Source of the DNA: Zootoca vivipara
Lineage: Eukaryota
Direction of reading: 5' to 3'
DNA: 64,000 bases
Assembly: GCF_963506605.1 (NCBI RefSeq)
Contig: NC_083286.1
Location: 27,218,001 to 27,282,000 of the forward strand
Shown here: positions 24,301 to 37,238 of the stretch, in pieces
How the letters are laid out: each line of letters opens with the position of its first letter
How positions within the stretch are numbered: the stretch's first letter is position 1
Made by a program: the position numbers and the translations under genes
Notes under the pieces: generated by a model
The model's database searches: none
The model's input: only the letters and a program-made list of their open reading frames with translations
What the model was told of the DNA's origin: nothing

Positions 24301-27300
24301 GAATATCATCACTTCCACTGGCTTTGTTATTAGCAGTGCTTTCTAAGGCCCATTTGACTTCACTCTCCAAGATGTCTGGCTCAAGGTCAGCAACCACACT
24401 ACCTGGGGTGTACGAGACCTCCATATCTTTCTGGTATAATTCCTCTGTGTATTCCTGCCACCTCTTCTTGATGTCTTCTGCTTCTGTTAGGTCCTTACCA
24501 CTTTTGTCCTTGATTATGGTAATCTTTGTACGAAATGTTCCTTTCATATCTCCAGGAGATAATATATTGATTAAATATTACCCTTCCTCACTCATGCTAG
24601 TGAGCTAGTAGCAGAGGACATTCCCTCCCTTGTACATTGCAGGAAGCTAGTTGATGGATTTGTGAGAATCATTTGAGTTAAGCAATCCAATCTGACTTGT
24701 CCAGATTGGATTGTTCCTGGTAAATCCCCTTTAGTTCCCTCTTAAAAAGAATAATGACACAACAGTCTTCCTTTTAAAAGTACGGTAATGGTAATGTTTA
24801 CTACATTCAGTTCACTGTATGGTCCTGGAGGCAGGCTTTATCTTGTAGTTACAGATACAGAGAAAAATGTGGGTTCATCCTCTGTGAGGGATGAGCCCAT
24901 GTGCTGCTGGCTGAGAGCCTGCGGACAGCAAATGGCAAAATGGTATAAGGTGGAAAAGGGAAGATGGCTGCTTGACCAGCCCTTTTGTAGGGTCTGCTAG
25001 GGCCATGTCCATATACCTGGTCACACACAGGGGGAGGATGCTCCAGACCAGGTGTGACAGTAAGTCCTCCTGGCTGGAGCAACATTCCCCTGGGTGCCCA
25101 CTCTGGACAAACAGGAAATGTTGTATTTGACTGCTTCAGTGATGTCACATCCCACACCCAGAGGCATTGGAAATAAGGAAGATGCCACCAGTTGCAGCTA
25201 TCTCACTTCACACTTGGCTGTGGCGTACCAAGTGTCTGAGCTGTACAGTTTCCAGTGGGATCACCACCTACTACCACTCATTTCCTCCGTTCCCCTGGTA
25301 AGGGAATTTCGATGGGAGGAGCATGTTTTGGAAGCTAAGCCTGCTGAAATTCATCTAGACAACTGTTGAAGGTACAGGAGCCTTGTCCTCTTTCACATCT
25401 GACCACATCACTTTCCCTTTTTCCCATACACATAATGCATACTTAAAAGTGGAATGTGGAATTTTCATGTGATCCCGAATGCTCTACCCAAAGGTCTTAA
25501 TAATGCATCAAACTGCCTTTCTCTGTTCTAGACCTCTCCCTCCCCAAGTACCGTAATTTTACTATTTTTTTCTCCCTCCTTGTATTGACTTATATTTCAG
25601 GACAGCAATCGCACCGTGCAGGAGTCTAGGTCTGTTGTGGCAAGAGTGTTCTATTCCGCTCATGCGGTAATGATTAGGAATGGGCTAACTCACCTCTCCC
25701 GCTCTTCAAAATCAATTGCTAAATTCGTGCAGCCACACCTCCTCCGAAAATTGACAGACCTGCAAAGGGTATCACACCGTCTCTTGCAGAAACTGAATGC
25801 TCCCAAACAACCTCTTTATAAATTGAAGGTAGGCAATGAGTGTGACTCCCCCATCTCATATTTTCTAAGTGAGTTCTAAGTGAATGTATGAGCGATTTTC
25901 CTCAGCACCACAACAGAGGATGAGAAGGTAAAATTTCCTCCTCCATGCCATCTTGAGATTCTCATAATTATAAGCCGCATCAGCTGATGCTATTTGCCCT
26001 AAAAATGTTAGGTGCAAATACCTTTTTTTTTAACATTCACATAGCTTGATCTTCCTTGTGCAGACAAGGATTCAGTATAAGATTCAGTATGGCAGCTTCC
26101 AATGTTCCTGTGATAGCATATTACAGCACAAACAAAAAGGAATCTTGTGGCAGACTAATAGAAATATTGTGGTATAGGCTTGTGGATTAGAGACTAGTGT
26201 TTTGTGCATATTTGCTAGAAACTAAGTCCCACTAAGTTTAAAGGGTTTACTCCCATGTCAATATGCGTAGGCTTGTAGCCTTATGTTCTATTGATATCAA
26301 TGGAAACTATTTCCATGAAATATGTTTAGGATTTACATAATCTACAACAGGGTGGTACCTGTCAATTTGTGGACCTGATCATTCCCAAGTCTTCCCCCCC
26401 CCCAAAAAAAATTTGTCTGGGGCAGCAGCGTGTGTGTGCGCACAGAGAGTTAACGAACCACATCAGGGGCTCTGCATGGAAATATTTAGGAACTGTCTAG
26501 CATGTGGACATTAGATTGTTATCCATGTTGAGCTTTATGTCCCATTGATTTAAATAAGGAAGATATAAGCAAGTTCTTAACTCTCCCATTCAAACCAATG
26601 GAACTTAAAAGTGAATGGATCATGGATACCAAACTGCAATATGGCAGAAGAATGAATCCCTTGACTGTGAATCCCAGCGTGGAGTAGTGGTTAAGAGCGG
26701 TGGACTCGTAATCTGGTGAACCGTGTTCGCTTCCCTGCTCCTCCACATGCAGCTGCTGGGTGACCTTGGGCTAGTCACTCTTTTCTGAAGTCTCTTAGCC
26801 TCACTCACCTCACAGAGTGTTTGTTTAATGTTTTTTTAAATAATTAAAACCCCATCTTTATTTAACTTCTTTAAAATATAACAAACACAAACAGAAAAAG
26901 AAATTTAAAACATAAACAAAAAATAGAAATTCAATCCCTCCTTCCTAAAAAAAGGATACAACATAATATAACATACATAAAAAATATACAGATTGTAAAA
27001 GAATTAAAGAGAGCAATAAAGAAACAAAAGGAAAAAATTATTTAAAACTTAAAAACGACTTCCAATTGTTTGTGTATCACTTCCTTCACCAATTTCCATT
27101 CGCTCGCTTTCCTTAATTTACTCATACTACAACCCTAAGGGGTTTTGGCTTACACCACCTTTCAAATACATCACTCTATGTGTATCTTAATTTAGGCAGA
27201 TCACCAATTTTGTTTCAATACCCTCTTTGTTCAAATAATCCTCCACATATTTCCACTCATTTTTTTATTTTTTGTTTGGGAACATTTCTTATAGTAGCCA

Positions 27301-28698
27301 TCATTTTGGCTAGGTTCAAAAATTCAACTAATTTAACATGCCAATCTTGTATTGTTGGAACTTCTTCCCCCTTCCATTTCTCTCACAGAGTGTTTGTTGT
27401 GGGGCAGGAAGGGAAAGGAGATTGTTAGCCACTTTGAGACTCCTTAAGGGGAGTGAAAGGCGGGATATCAAGTCCAAACTCTTCTTCTTCTTCTCTACAG
27501 GATAAATCCATGTTCCTTTATGATGTCATTTCCTATCCAGCGAAGACCGCCCTCAGTGGTGTAATGTGCATTTCTTATGCAGCACTAATTTATTTGGTAG
27601 GTTAGTAAATACTGTTCTTTCTGGTCCTTCTTGTTTCGTGCTTCCCCTTCCCCTCAGCAAAGAATTGAAGCCATGCATTATTCTTCAATTACTGTGCACA
27701 CTTTTAGTGCACATTACCAATGCCCAGCTGTAGCTGGCTTGCTAGCTGTGACCTTTCCTCGACCAGCATTGCCTACCTACAGTAGCATATATACAGGTAA
27801 CCTGTAATTTAGGTTATTTGTATTGCACTCTGCAAAGGGCAGCTCTTCACGACAGTCCAGAAACTGCCACTGGCACTCAAGCAGGATCAAGTGTCACTCA
27901 TCCTTGAACCTCAAGAGGATGATCATCCAACTGCCAATATGCCAACATTTATTAATGTTCATGAGAAAAATGTGTTGACCATATGCAGTATTGATGGGAT
28001 GGTTCAAGGGGTAGGACAACACACACACATACACACAGCATTTTAGGCTGAAACCAGTCCGGAAATTTTCAAAGTGTGAATCTGCTCACCTCATCCCCAT
28101 CGCGATTCTATCCTTTCCTCCAGGCATTTGATATACAGTGGTACCTCGGAAGTCAAATGGAATCCATTCCGGAAGCCCTTTCGACTTCCAAAACGTTCGG
28201 AACCCAAGGCGCGGCTTCCAATTGGCTGTAGGAAGCTCCTGCAGCCAACTGGAAGCTGCGTTGGACGTTCGGGTTCCAAAGAACATTCGCAAACTGGAAC
28301 ACTCACTTCCGGGTTTCGACTCACAAGGCGTTCATGAACCAAGGTACCTAACCAAGTAGCCTACTCGCTATACTGCAAAACTCTCTCTCTTAAAGTTAGG
28401 CAGAAATGCAGAGGATTCCAAACCTTTCCGTTTCTTTATGCCAAAAAATGTACCTCTTATGTGTATACAGGCACTCTCCATTAATAAAGCACTGGGAAGA
28501 ATTAAAAGCATAATTGAAACAGACAAGAGCTCCAGGGAAAGCAGCAGTGATGATCTCGATGCAGATGGATTTCCCAGAGTCAGGGCAACGGCAAGCGACT
28601 CTGCAACTTCCTTCCCACACGAAGTATCTTCAGAGTTGATTAAGGAATCACCAAGCATCCATACACTACTTTTGAAAATAGATAATAAAAATGAATAA
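21392..28698 (+). CDS. SPATA9: Spermatogenesis-associated protein 9, 233 aa. Exons: 21392-21452, 21960-22048, 25601-25828, 27501-27596, 28471-28698.
   Basis: In-frame exons encode MSLRPIGWICGELVRKFAG / QRVFLEIIDEIRDEFPNLLRLTSSNQ / GLTHLSRSSKSIAKFVQPHLLRKLTDLQRVSHRLLQKLNAPKQPLYKLK / VISYPAKTALSGVMCISYAALIYL / ALSINKALGRIKSII. These match recalled SPATA9 blocks (PVGWICGQVLKNFSG, DEFKDEFPTILRL, SRSSKSVAK, FPAKTALTS..SYAALIYL). The gene is next to and opposite RFESD, as expected from synteny. Confidence 0.92.
22857..24554 (-). mobile_element. RTE-BovB LINE, 5'-truncated (1.7 kb), in SPATA9 intron 2
   Basis: Open 559-aa RT ORF (FIDYAKAFD, GVRQGCILSP, YADD); (CAA)n tail; 10-bp TSD aggagataat at 22847-22856 and 24554-24563. 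Confidence 0.97.
26674..27492 (+). mobile_element. tRNA-derived CORE-type SINE (Squam3-like, (CTT)n tail) split by a nested insertion
   Basis: Head cagcgtggagtagtggttaagagcg... (A box), CORE-like gggtgaccttgggctagtcac, and tail ...aagtccaaactcttcttcttc. Confidence 0.8.
26826..27381 (-). mobile_element. L1-like LINE 3' end nested in the SINE
   Basis: 17-bp TSD ctcacagagtgtttgtt (26809-26825 and 27382-27398). The minus strand encodes an ORF2-like C-terminus KWKGEEVPTIQDWHVKLVEFLNLAKMMATIRN...EWKYVEDYL, followed by an AT-rich 3' UTR and short A-tract. Confidence 0.8.
28136..28348. mobile_element. Tigger/pogo-like MITE (right TIR damaged) in SPATA9 intron 4
   Basis: Left end TA-cagtggtacctcgg; right end ccaaggtacc. 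Confidence 0.65.
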
Positions 28699-30703
28699 TA
28701 ATGCTCCCTTGTATGGTATACATAGCTGTAATTTTTCTGCTTGTGCACTGTTTTATTTCAATACACAAATATGTGAAGATAGTCTTCATTTTCCATTACT
28801 CAAGCAAATGCAATTTACACACACACACACACACACACTACAGATGAACGCAGGTTCCACACTGTAAATAGTTTGGTATGTTCCTTCTCTAGTAGAAATA
28901 AACCAAATAACGGCTTGTCCATGTGTATGCTCAGTACCACATTTCATGCAATAGTTTCAGAATGTCTTAATCCTCAAAACACTGAATACCATTTTGATAG
29001 AATCAACAGGCATGTTTTTAAATAGATATTACAAAAACAGGTCAATGGACTTATGCAAGAAAAACAAACATTTCCAAAGTCTCATTTTTTCACCATACAT
29101 AATTTGCCAGTATCTAATTATTAAGGTAGTAAAAGTAATATTAAAAAGTTGAAGAATGACTAACATTTTAATTACTAGTTGATAATTGCAAGGCTATTTT
29201 GGAATTTTTGACAGCAAAATAGCTGCCTATGTATGTATATATGTCACAATTCCTATTATTTTCCTAAGCACACTCATAGCTTCTTTTGACTGATCCTGTC
29301 CAAAAGGCATTTAGTTTTACAGTATTTTGTCTTTTAACTCGCTCTTCCAGTATGTATGCAATACAGTACAGAGCTTTCCTTTGGGCTTGGTTTAAAAACA
29401 AAGTTCAATCGTACACTAGAAAATGGTTTCAGAACTCTGAACTCCAGAGAAGCGTCATCAAATTAAGGGCAGTGCAGGAATTTGGTTATTTTCTTTTCCT
29501 TCTCAATTGTCCTTGTCAGTCAGCTAGCCACATACTGTACAGGAAGGGCAAATTGCTCCCAGCAGCTCCACCTACACAGCAGTGAGTGCCAGGCTTATCC
29601 AAAGCTACTGTGTAAAAGGGGCTTTGTTGCTCACAAACTCTTTCCTGTGCAGAGTTTCTCGCTACTGGAAGAAAAGGGCTCTGTTTGCAGCTAGGAGAGA
29701 AAGGGCAGATTTCTTTACTTAGCAAAAACCCCAGACCTGATTAAATGTTACAGATATGTGTGGCTGCTGCTGCTGCTGCTGCAAAGTTTATCCTTTGTGG
29801 TGAGATAACTTTTGAAAGCTTTTACAGCATCTCTGCATCAGTTCCAGCACCTACCAGGGATTTGCAGTGGTAGTGTGGGGTTGGCAAACACAGTAGGATG
29901 GGTTTTTAAATACTACATCAGCCACATAGAAGGGCGCCACATGGTATTGCTTTACATTTTGATAGGGGTGCCAGGGGTGCCAACTTGAATAAAATATTGC
30001 GGGGGCTCAGATAAGACCCTCCCTACATAATCAATCACATGGTGTGGTGCATGCACACCATTTGAATGGCAATGTCCATCAACCTGGGGGGTGGCGGTCC
30101 CCTCAAATATTTTATTGGGGAGGCGAAGGGGCCCTAGCCCCTAGGAGTTGACTCCTTTGCCATCATCAATTGCCAGAGTTTCCAAGGACCAGGAGAAAGC
30201 AATCTAAAGACCTGCCAACCACTGGTTGGCAAGGGAGAAAATGCATTACGTGGCACATAAGAAACTACAATATGCTCCCTGAATTGCTTTTAGCCTTTCC
30301 TTCTGTATTTTCAGCGAAAGTTTCATAAGTATTTCAATAGACTTTTGTGATGCATTGCATATCTAGAAACGAAACTGACAAAGTAAGAGTTAAATACTTA
30401 ACATTCCTCAGAGCATGGCTGTACCTAGGTAATATGCATAACTGAGTAATTGCACATCTATTAAGACAAGAATAAGCATGAAAAAATGCCAGTGTGTCAA
30501 ATCCTTGAGCATCATTTCGTGAAAATGAAACCATTATCTGAGAAGGATTATGTGTCTCTGTGTTAAAGATGAGTGATAGACTTCTCTAAGTCATGGTCCT
30601 CCATCCTTTGGCAAGTATTTTCTCCCTTTTCTGGAGTCCACTCTACCAATTTGGACCACCCAGGTGTTTATCACTGCATTAGCTTACTGTATCTCTCTCA
30701 CTC

Positions 30704-33700
30704 CCCTTCATGGATCAATGCCTTGTCGTGGCGAAGGGGCTTGAATAACTCAGAGAAGCTATGAGCTATGCCATGCAGGACCACCCAAGATGGACAGGTC
30801 ATAGTGGAGAGTTTTGACTAAACGTGATCCACCTGGAGAAGGAACTGGCAAGCCACTCCAGTAACCCTGCCAAGAAAACTCCATGGACAAAGACAACAGG
30901 CATATAAAAGTTATGACGCTGGAAGATGAGCCCCTCAGGTCGGAAGGCGTCCAACATGCTACTGAGGAAGAGCGGAGGACAAGTACAAGTAGATTCAGAG
31001 CTGATGAAGCGGCTGGGCCAAAGCCGAAAGGACGCTCAGTTGCGGATATGCCTGGAAGCGAAAGGAAAGTCCGATGCTGTAAAGAAAAATATTGCATAGG
31101 AACCTGGAATGTAAGAACCATGAATGGAGGTAAGCTGGATGTGGTCAAAAATGAGATGACAAGAATAAATATCGACATCCTGGGCATCAGTGAACTAAAA
31201 TGGAAGGGAATGGGCGAATTCAGTTCGGATGACTATCATATCTACTACTGTGGGCAAGAATCCCGTAGTAGAAATGGAGTGGCCCTCATAGTCAACAAAA
31301 GAGTGGCAAAAGCTGTAATGGGATGCAATCTCAAAAATGACAGAATGATCTCGATACGAATCCAAGGCAGACCTTTTAACATCACAGTAATCCAAGTTTA
31401 TGCACCAACTACCGGTGCTGAAGAAAGTGAAATTGACCAATTCTATGAAGACCTACAACACCTTCTAGAAATGACACCAAAGAAGGATGTTCTTCTCATT
31501 ACAGGGGATTGGAATGCTAAAGTAGGGAATCAAGAGATAAAAGGAACAACTGGCAAGTTTGGCCTGGGAGTTCAAAATGAAGCAGGGCAAAGGCTAATAG
31601 AGTTCTGTCAAGAGAACAAGCTGGTCATCACAAACACTCTCTTCCAACAACACAAGAGACGACTCTACACATGGATATCACCAAATGGGCAGCATCGAAA
31701 TCAGATTGATTATATTCTCTGCAGCCAAAGATGGAGAAGCTCTATACAGTCAGCAAAAACAAGACCTGGAGCTGACTGTAACTCAGATCATCAGCTTCTT
31801 ATAGCAAAATTCCAGCTTAAACTGAAGAAAGTAGGAAAAACCACTGGGCCAGTAAGATACAATCTGAATCAAATCCCTTATGAATACACAGTGGAAGTGA
31901 GGAACAGGTTTAAGGATTTAGATTTGGTGGACAGAGTGCCTGAAGAACTATGGATGGAGGCTCGTAACATTATACAGGAGGCAGCAACGAAAACCATCCC
32001 AAGGAAAAGGAAATGCAAGAAAGCAAAATGGCTGTCCAACGAGGCCTTACAAATAGCGGAGGAGAGGAGGCAAGCAAAATGCAAGGGAGATAGGGAAAGA
32101 TACAGGAAACTGAATGCAGATTTCCAAAAAACAGCAAGGAGAGACAAGAGGGTCTTCTTAAATGAGCAATGCAAAGAAATAGAGGAAAACAATAGAATGG
32201 GGAAAACCAGAGATCTGTTCAAGAAAATTGGAGATATGAAAGGAACATTTCGTACAAAGATTACCATAATCAAGGACAAAAGTGGAATGGACCTAACAGA
32301 AGCAGAAGACATCAAGAAGAGGTGGCAAGAATACACAGAGGAATTATACCAGAAAGATATGGAGGTCTCGTACACCCCAGGTAGTGTGGTTGCTGACCTT
32401 GAGCCAGCCATCTTGGAGAGTGAAGTCAAATGGGCCTTAGAAAGCACTGCTAATAACAAGGCCAGTGGAAGTGATGATATTCCAGCTGAACTATTTAAAA
32501 TTTTAAAAGATGATGCTGTTAAGGTGCTACACCCAATATGTCAGCAAGTTTGGAAAACTCAGCAATGGCCAGAGGATTGGAGAAGATCAGTCTACATCCC
32601 AATTCCAAAGAAGGGCAGTGCCAAAGAATGCTCCAACTACCGCACAATTGCGCTCATTTCACACGCTAGCAAGGTTATGCTTAAAATTCTACAAGGCAGG
32701 CTTAGGCAGTATGTGGACCGAGAACTCCCAGAAGTGCAAGCTGGATTTCGAAAGGGCAGAGGAACCAGAGACCAAATAGCAAACATGCGCTGGATTATGG
32801 AGAAAGCTAGAGAGTTCCAGAAAAACGTCTACTTCTGCTTCATTGACTATGCAAAAGCCTTTGACTGTGTCGACCACAGCAAACTATGGCAAGTTCTTAA
32901 AGAAATGGGAGTGCCTGATCACCTCATCTGTCTCCTGAGAAATCTCTATGTGGGACAAGAAGCTACAGTTAGAACTGGATATGGAACAACTGAGTGGTTC
33001 AAAATTGGGAAAGGAGTACGACAAGGTTGTATATTGTCTCCCTGCTTATTTAACTTATATGCAGAATTCATCATGCGAAAGGCTGGACTAGATGAATCCC
33101 AAGACGGAATTAAGATTGCCGGAAGAAATATCAACAACCTCAGATATGCAGATGACACAACCTTGATGGCAGAAAGCGAGGAGGAATTAAAGAACCTTTT
33201 AATGAGGGTGAAAGAGGAGAGCGCAAAATATGGTCTGAAGCTCAACATCAAAAAAACCAAGATCATGGCCACTGGTCCCATCACCTCCTGGCAAATAGAA
33301 GGGGAAGAAATGGAGGCAGTGAGAGATTTTACTTTCTTGGGCTCCTTGATCACTGCAGATGGTGACAGCAGTCACGAAATTAAAAGACGCCTGCTTCTTG
33401 GGAGAAAAGCAATGACAAACCTAGACAGCATCTTAAAAAGCAGAGACATCACCTTGCCGACAAAGGTCCGTATAGTTAAAGCTATGGTTTTCCCAGTAGT
33501 GATGTATGGAAGTGAGAGCTGGACCATAAAGAAGGCTGATCGCCGAAGAATTGATGCTTTTGAATTATGGTGCTGGAGGAGACTCTTGAGAGTCCCATGG
33601 ACTGCAAGAAGATCAAACCTATCCATTCTTAAGGAAATCAGCCCTGAGTGCTCACTGGAAGGACAGATCGTGAAGCTGAGGCTCCAATACTTTGGCCACC

Positions 33701-33932
33701 TCATGAGAAGAGAAGAATCCTTGGAAAAGACCCTGATGTTGGGAAAGATTGAGGGCACTAGGAGAAGGGGACGACAGAGGACAAGATGGTTGGACAGTGT
33801 TCTCGAAGCTACGAACATGAGTTTGACCAAATTGCGGGAGGCAGTGCAAGACAGGAGTGCCTGGCGTGCTATGGTCCATGGGGTCATGAAGAGTCGGACA
33901 CGACTAAACGACTAAACAACAACAACAACAAC
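30704..33932 (+). mobile_element. Full-length RTE-BovB LINE (~3.2 kb)
   Basis: 13-bp TSD atctctctcactc (30691-30703 and 33933-33945); typical BovB 5' end; (CAA)n tail; intact ORF. Confidence 0.98.
30883..33915 (+). CDS. BovB ORF: APE-like endonuclease plus reverse transcriptase, 1010 aa, uninterrupted
   Basis: EN motifs GTWNVR, LGISE, YAPT, GDWNA, IDYI, SDH; RT motifs QAGFR, DYAKAFD, GVRQG, YADD, FLG. Confidence 0.95.
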   Translation: MDKDNRHIKVMTLEDEPLRSEGVQHATEEERRTSTSRFRADEAAGPKPKGRSVADMPGSERKVRCCKEKYCIGTWNVRTMNGGKLDVVKNEMTRINIDILGISELKWKGMGEFSSDDYHIYYCGQESRSRNGVALIVNKRVAKAVMGCNLKNDRMISIRIQGRPFNITVIQVYAPTTGAEESEIDQFYEDLQHLLEMTPKKDVLLITGDWNAKVGNQEIKGTTGKFGLGVQNEAGQRLIEFCQENKLVITNTLFQQHKRRLYTWISPNGQHRNQIDYILCSQRWRSSIQSAKTRPGADCNSDHQLLIAKFQLKLKKVGKTTGPVRYNLNQIPYEYTVEVRNRFKDLDLVDRVPEELWMEARNIIQEAATKTIPRKRKCKKAKWLSNEALQIAEERRQAKCKGDRERYRKLNADFQKTARRDKRVFLNEQCKEIEENNRMGKTRDLFKKIGDMKGTFRTKITIIKDKSGMDLTEAEDIKKRWQEYTEELYQKDMEVSYTPGSVVADLEPAILESEVKWALESTANNKASGSDDIPAELFKILKDDAVKVLHPICQQVWKTQQWPEDWRRSVYIPIPKKGSAKECSNYRTIALISHASKVMLKILQGRLRQYVDRELPEVQAGFRKGRGTRDQIANMRWIMEKAREFQKNVYFCFIDYAKAFDCVDHSKLWQVLKEMGVPDHLICLLRNLYVGQEATVRTGYGTTEWFKIGKGVRQGCILSPCLFNLYAEFIMRKAGLDESQDGIKIAGRNINNLRYADDTTLMAESEEELKNLLMRVKEESAKYGLKLNIKKTKIMATGPITSWQIEGEEMEAVRDFTFLGSLITADGDSSHEIKRRLLLGRKAMTNLDSILKSRDITLPTKVRIVKAMVFPVVMYGSESWTIKKADRRRIDAFELWCWRRLLRVPWTARRSNLSILKEISPECSLEGQIVKLRLQYFGHLMRREESLEKTLMLGKIEGTRRRGRQRTRWLDSVLEATNMSLTKLREAVQDRSAWRAMVHGVMKSRTRLND

Positions 33933-34731
33933 ATCTCTCTCACTCATATGTATACACACACACCACACCACACCACACCCCTACCCTCTCTCCCTACAGC
34001 CACATAGAGGCATACCTAGTATTCAGCCACAACACACACCGATTGCACTCTTCTCCTTGCCTGTTAAGAGAGGCATGGCAAACTACCAAGGAGTTCAGCT
34101 TTTCCAGGATATACCTTCAGCACAGTCAATTTGGCCCCAAAGCAGCCTGTCACTTCCAGATGATACAAGGCTGAGCTGGCTTCTAGCCAAGTTGCATTAG
34201 GCAGAAGCTGGGCGCCCTCCTGTCACCCTCCTGCCTCACTTACAGGCAGATCTATGCACTGCTAAATAACTACACAGCTGGAACAGCCTTCAGGAATTCT
34301 TGCACAAACCAATACGAACTTTGGCTATCATTTTGAGAAGGACTGGATTAAGGGCGAGACAAAGAATAAAAGACTCCCAACAATAACAAATCATATTAGC
34401 ACACAAGCACAACATCTCCAATTATATTGATAACATTTGTCCATCATGATAGTTTTAAAACATCATTTTATATTTTGGAAGCGAGAGACACTTGAAGGCT
34501 GGATCAACATAAATCTAACATTTTGATTACTGGCAAAATTAATCTATTATAAGCATACTATACTATATTCTTCTCAAAGGCACAAATACTTCTCTGATCG
34601 ACTCCCTTTTTAGAGAGAGACTGGAGCTCAGTTTCATACCATCACTCAGAAGCTGAATGCTCTTTAGACAGCAAGGATACCATTCACATTCATTGTTATT
34701 TTAAAGCCATTTCTATGAAGCACAGAAGATG

Positions 34732-36842
<2,111 letters not shown>

Positions 36843-36997
36843 ATTCTGAAAGCAAGAGAAAATGCGCTATATTACTTAATATGACTGTCAGAAATAATCA
36901 TGTTGAGGAAAGAAAATCACAACCATTACTGGCCACCATTTATAGCAGAACGGTAGGCTGGTGCACAAAGAACTTTTGTTGCAAACAATGAGGTATA

Positions 36998-37238
36998 CAG
37001 GTGTACCTCAGTTTACGAACTTAAACCGTTCCGGAAGTCTGTTCTTAAACTAAAACCGTTCTTAAACTGAGGCGCGCTTTCCCTAGTGAGGCCTCCCACC
37101 GCTGGTGCCCTTCCACTGTTCGGCTTCCGTTCTTAGACCGAGGTAAAGTTTGCAAACCAGGACACTACTTCTGGTTTTGTAGAGTTCGTAAACCGAATAG
37201 TTCGTAAACAGGGCTGTTCTTAAACCGAGGTACCACTG
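36998..37238. mobile_element. Tigger/pogo-like MITE
   Basis: TIRs caggtgtacctcagttta / taaaccgaggtaccactg; TA flanks. Confidence 0.8.

Noticed and set aside
22896-24608. Antisense ORFs over both BovB copies (e.g. MTPWTTARQ..., MIKEPKKVK...)
   Set aside because: Shadow frames of the RT ORF, duplicated only because the elements are near-identical.
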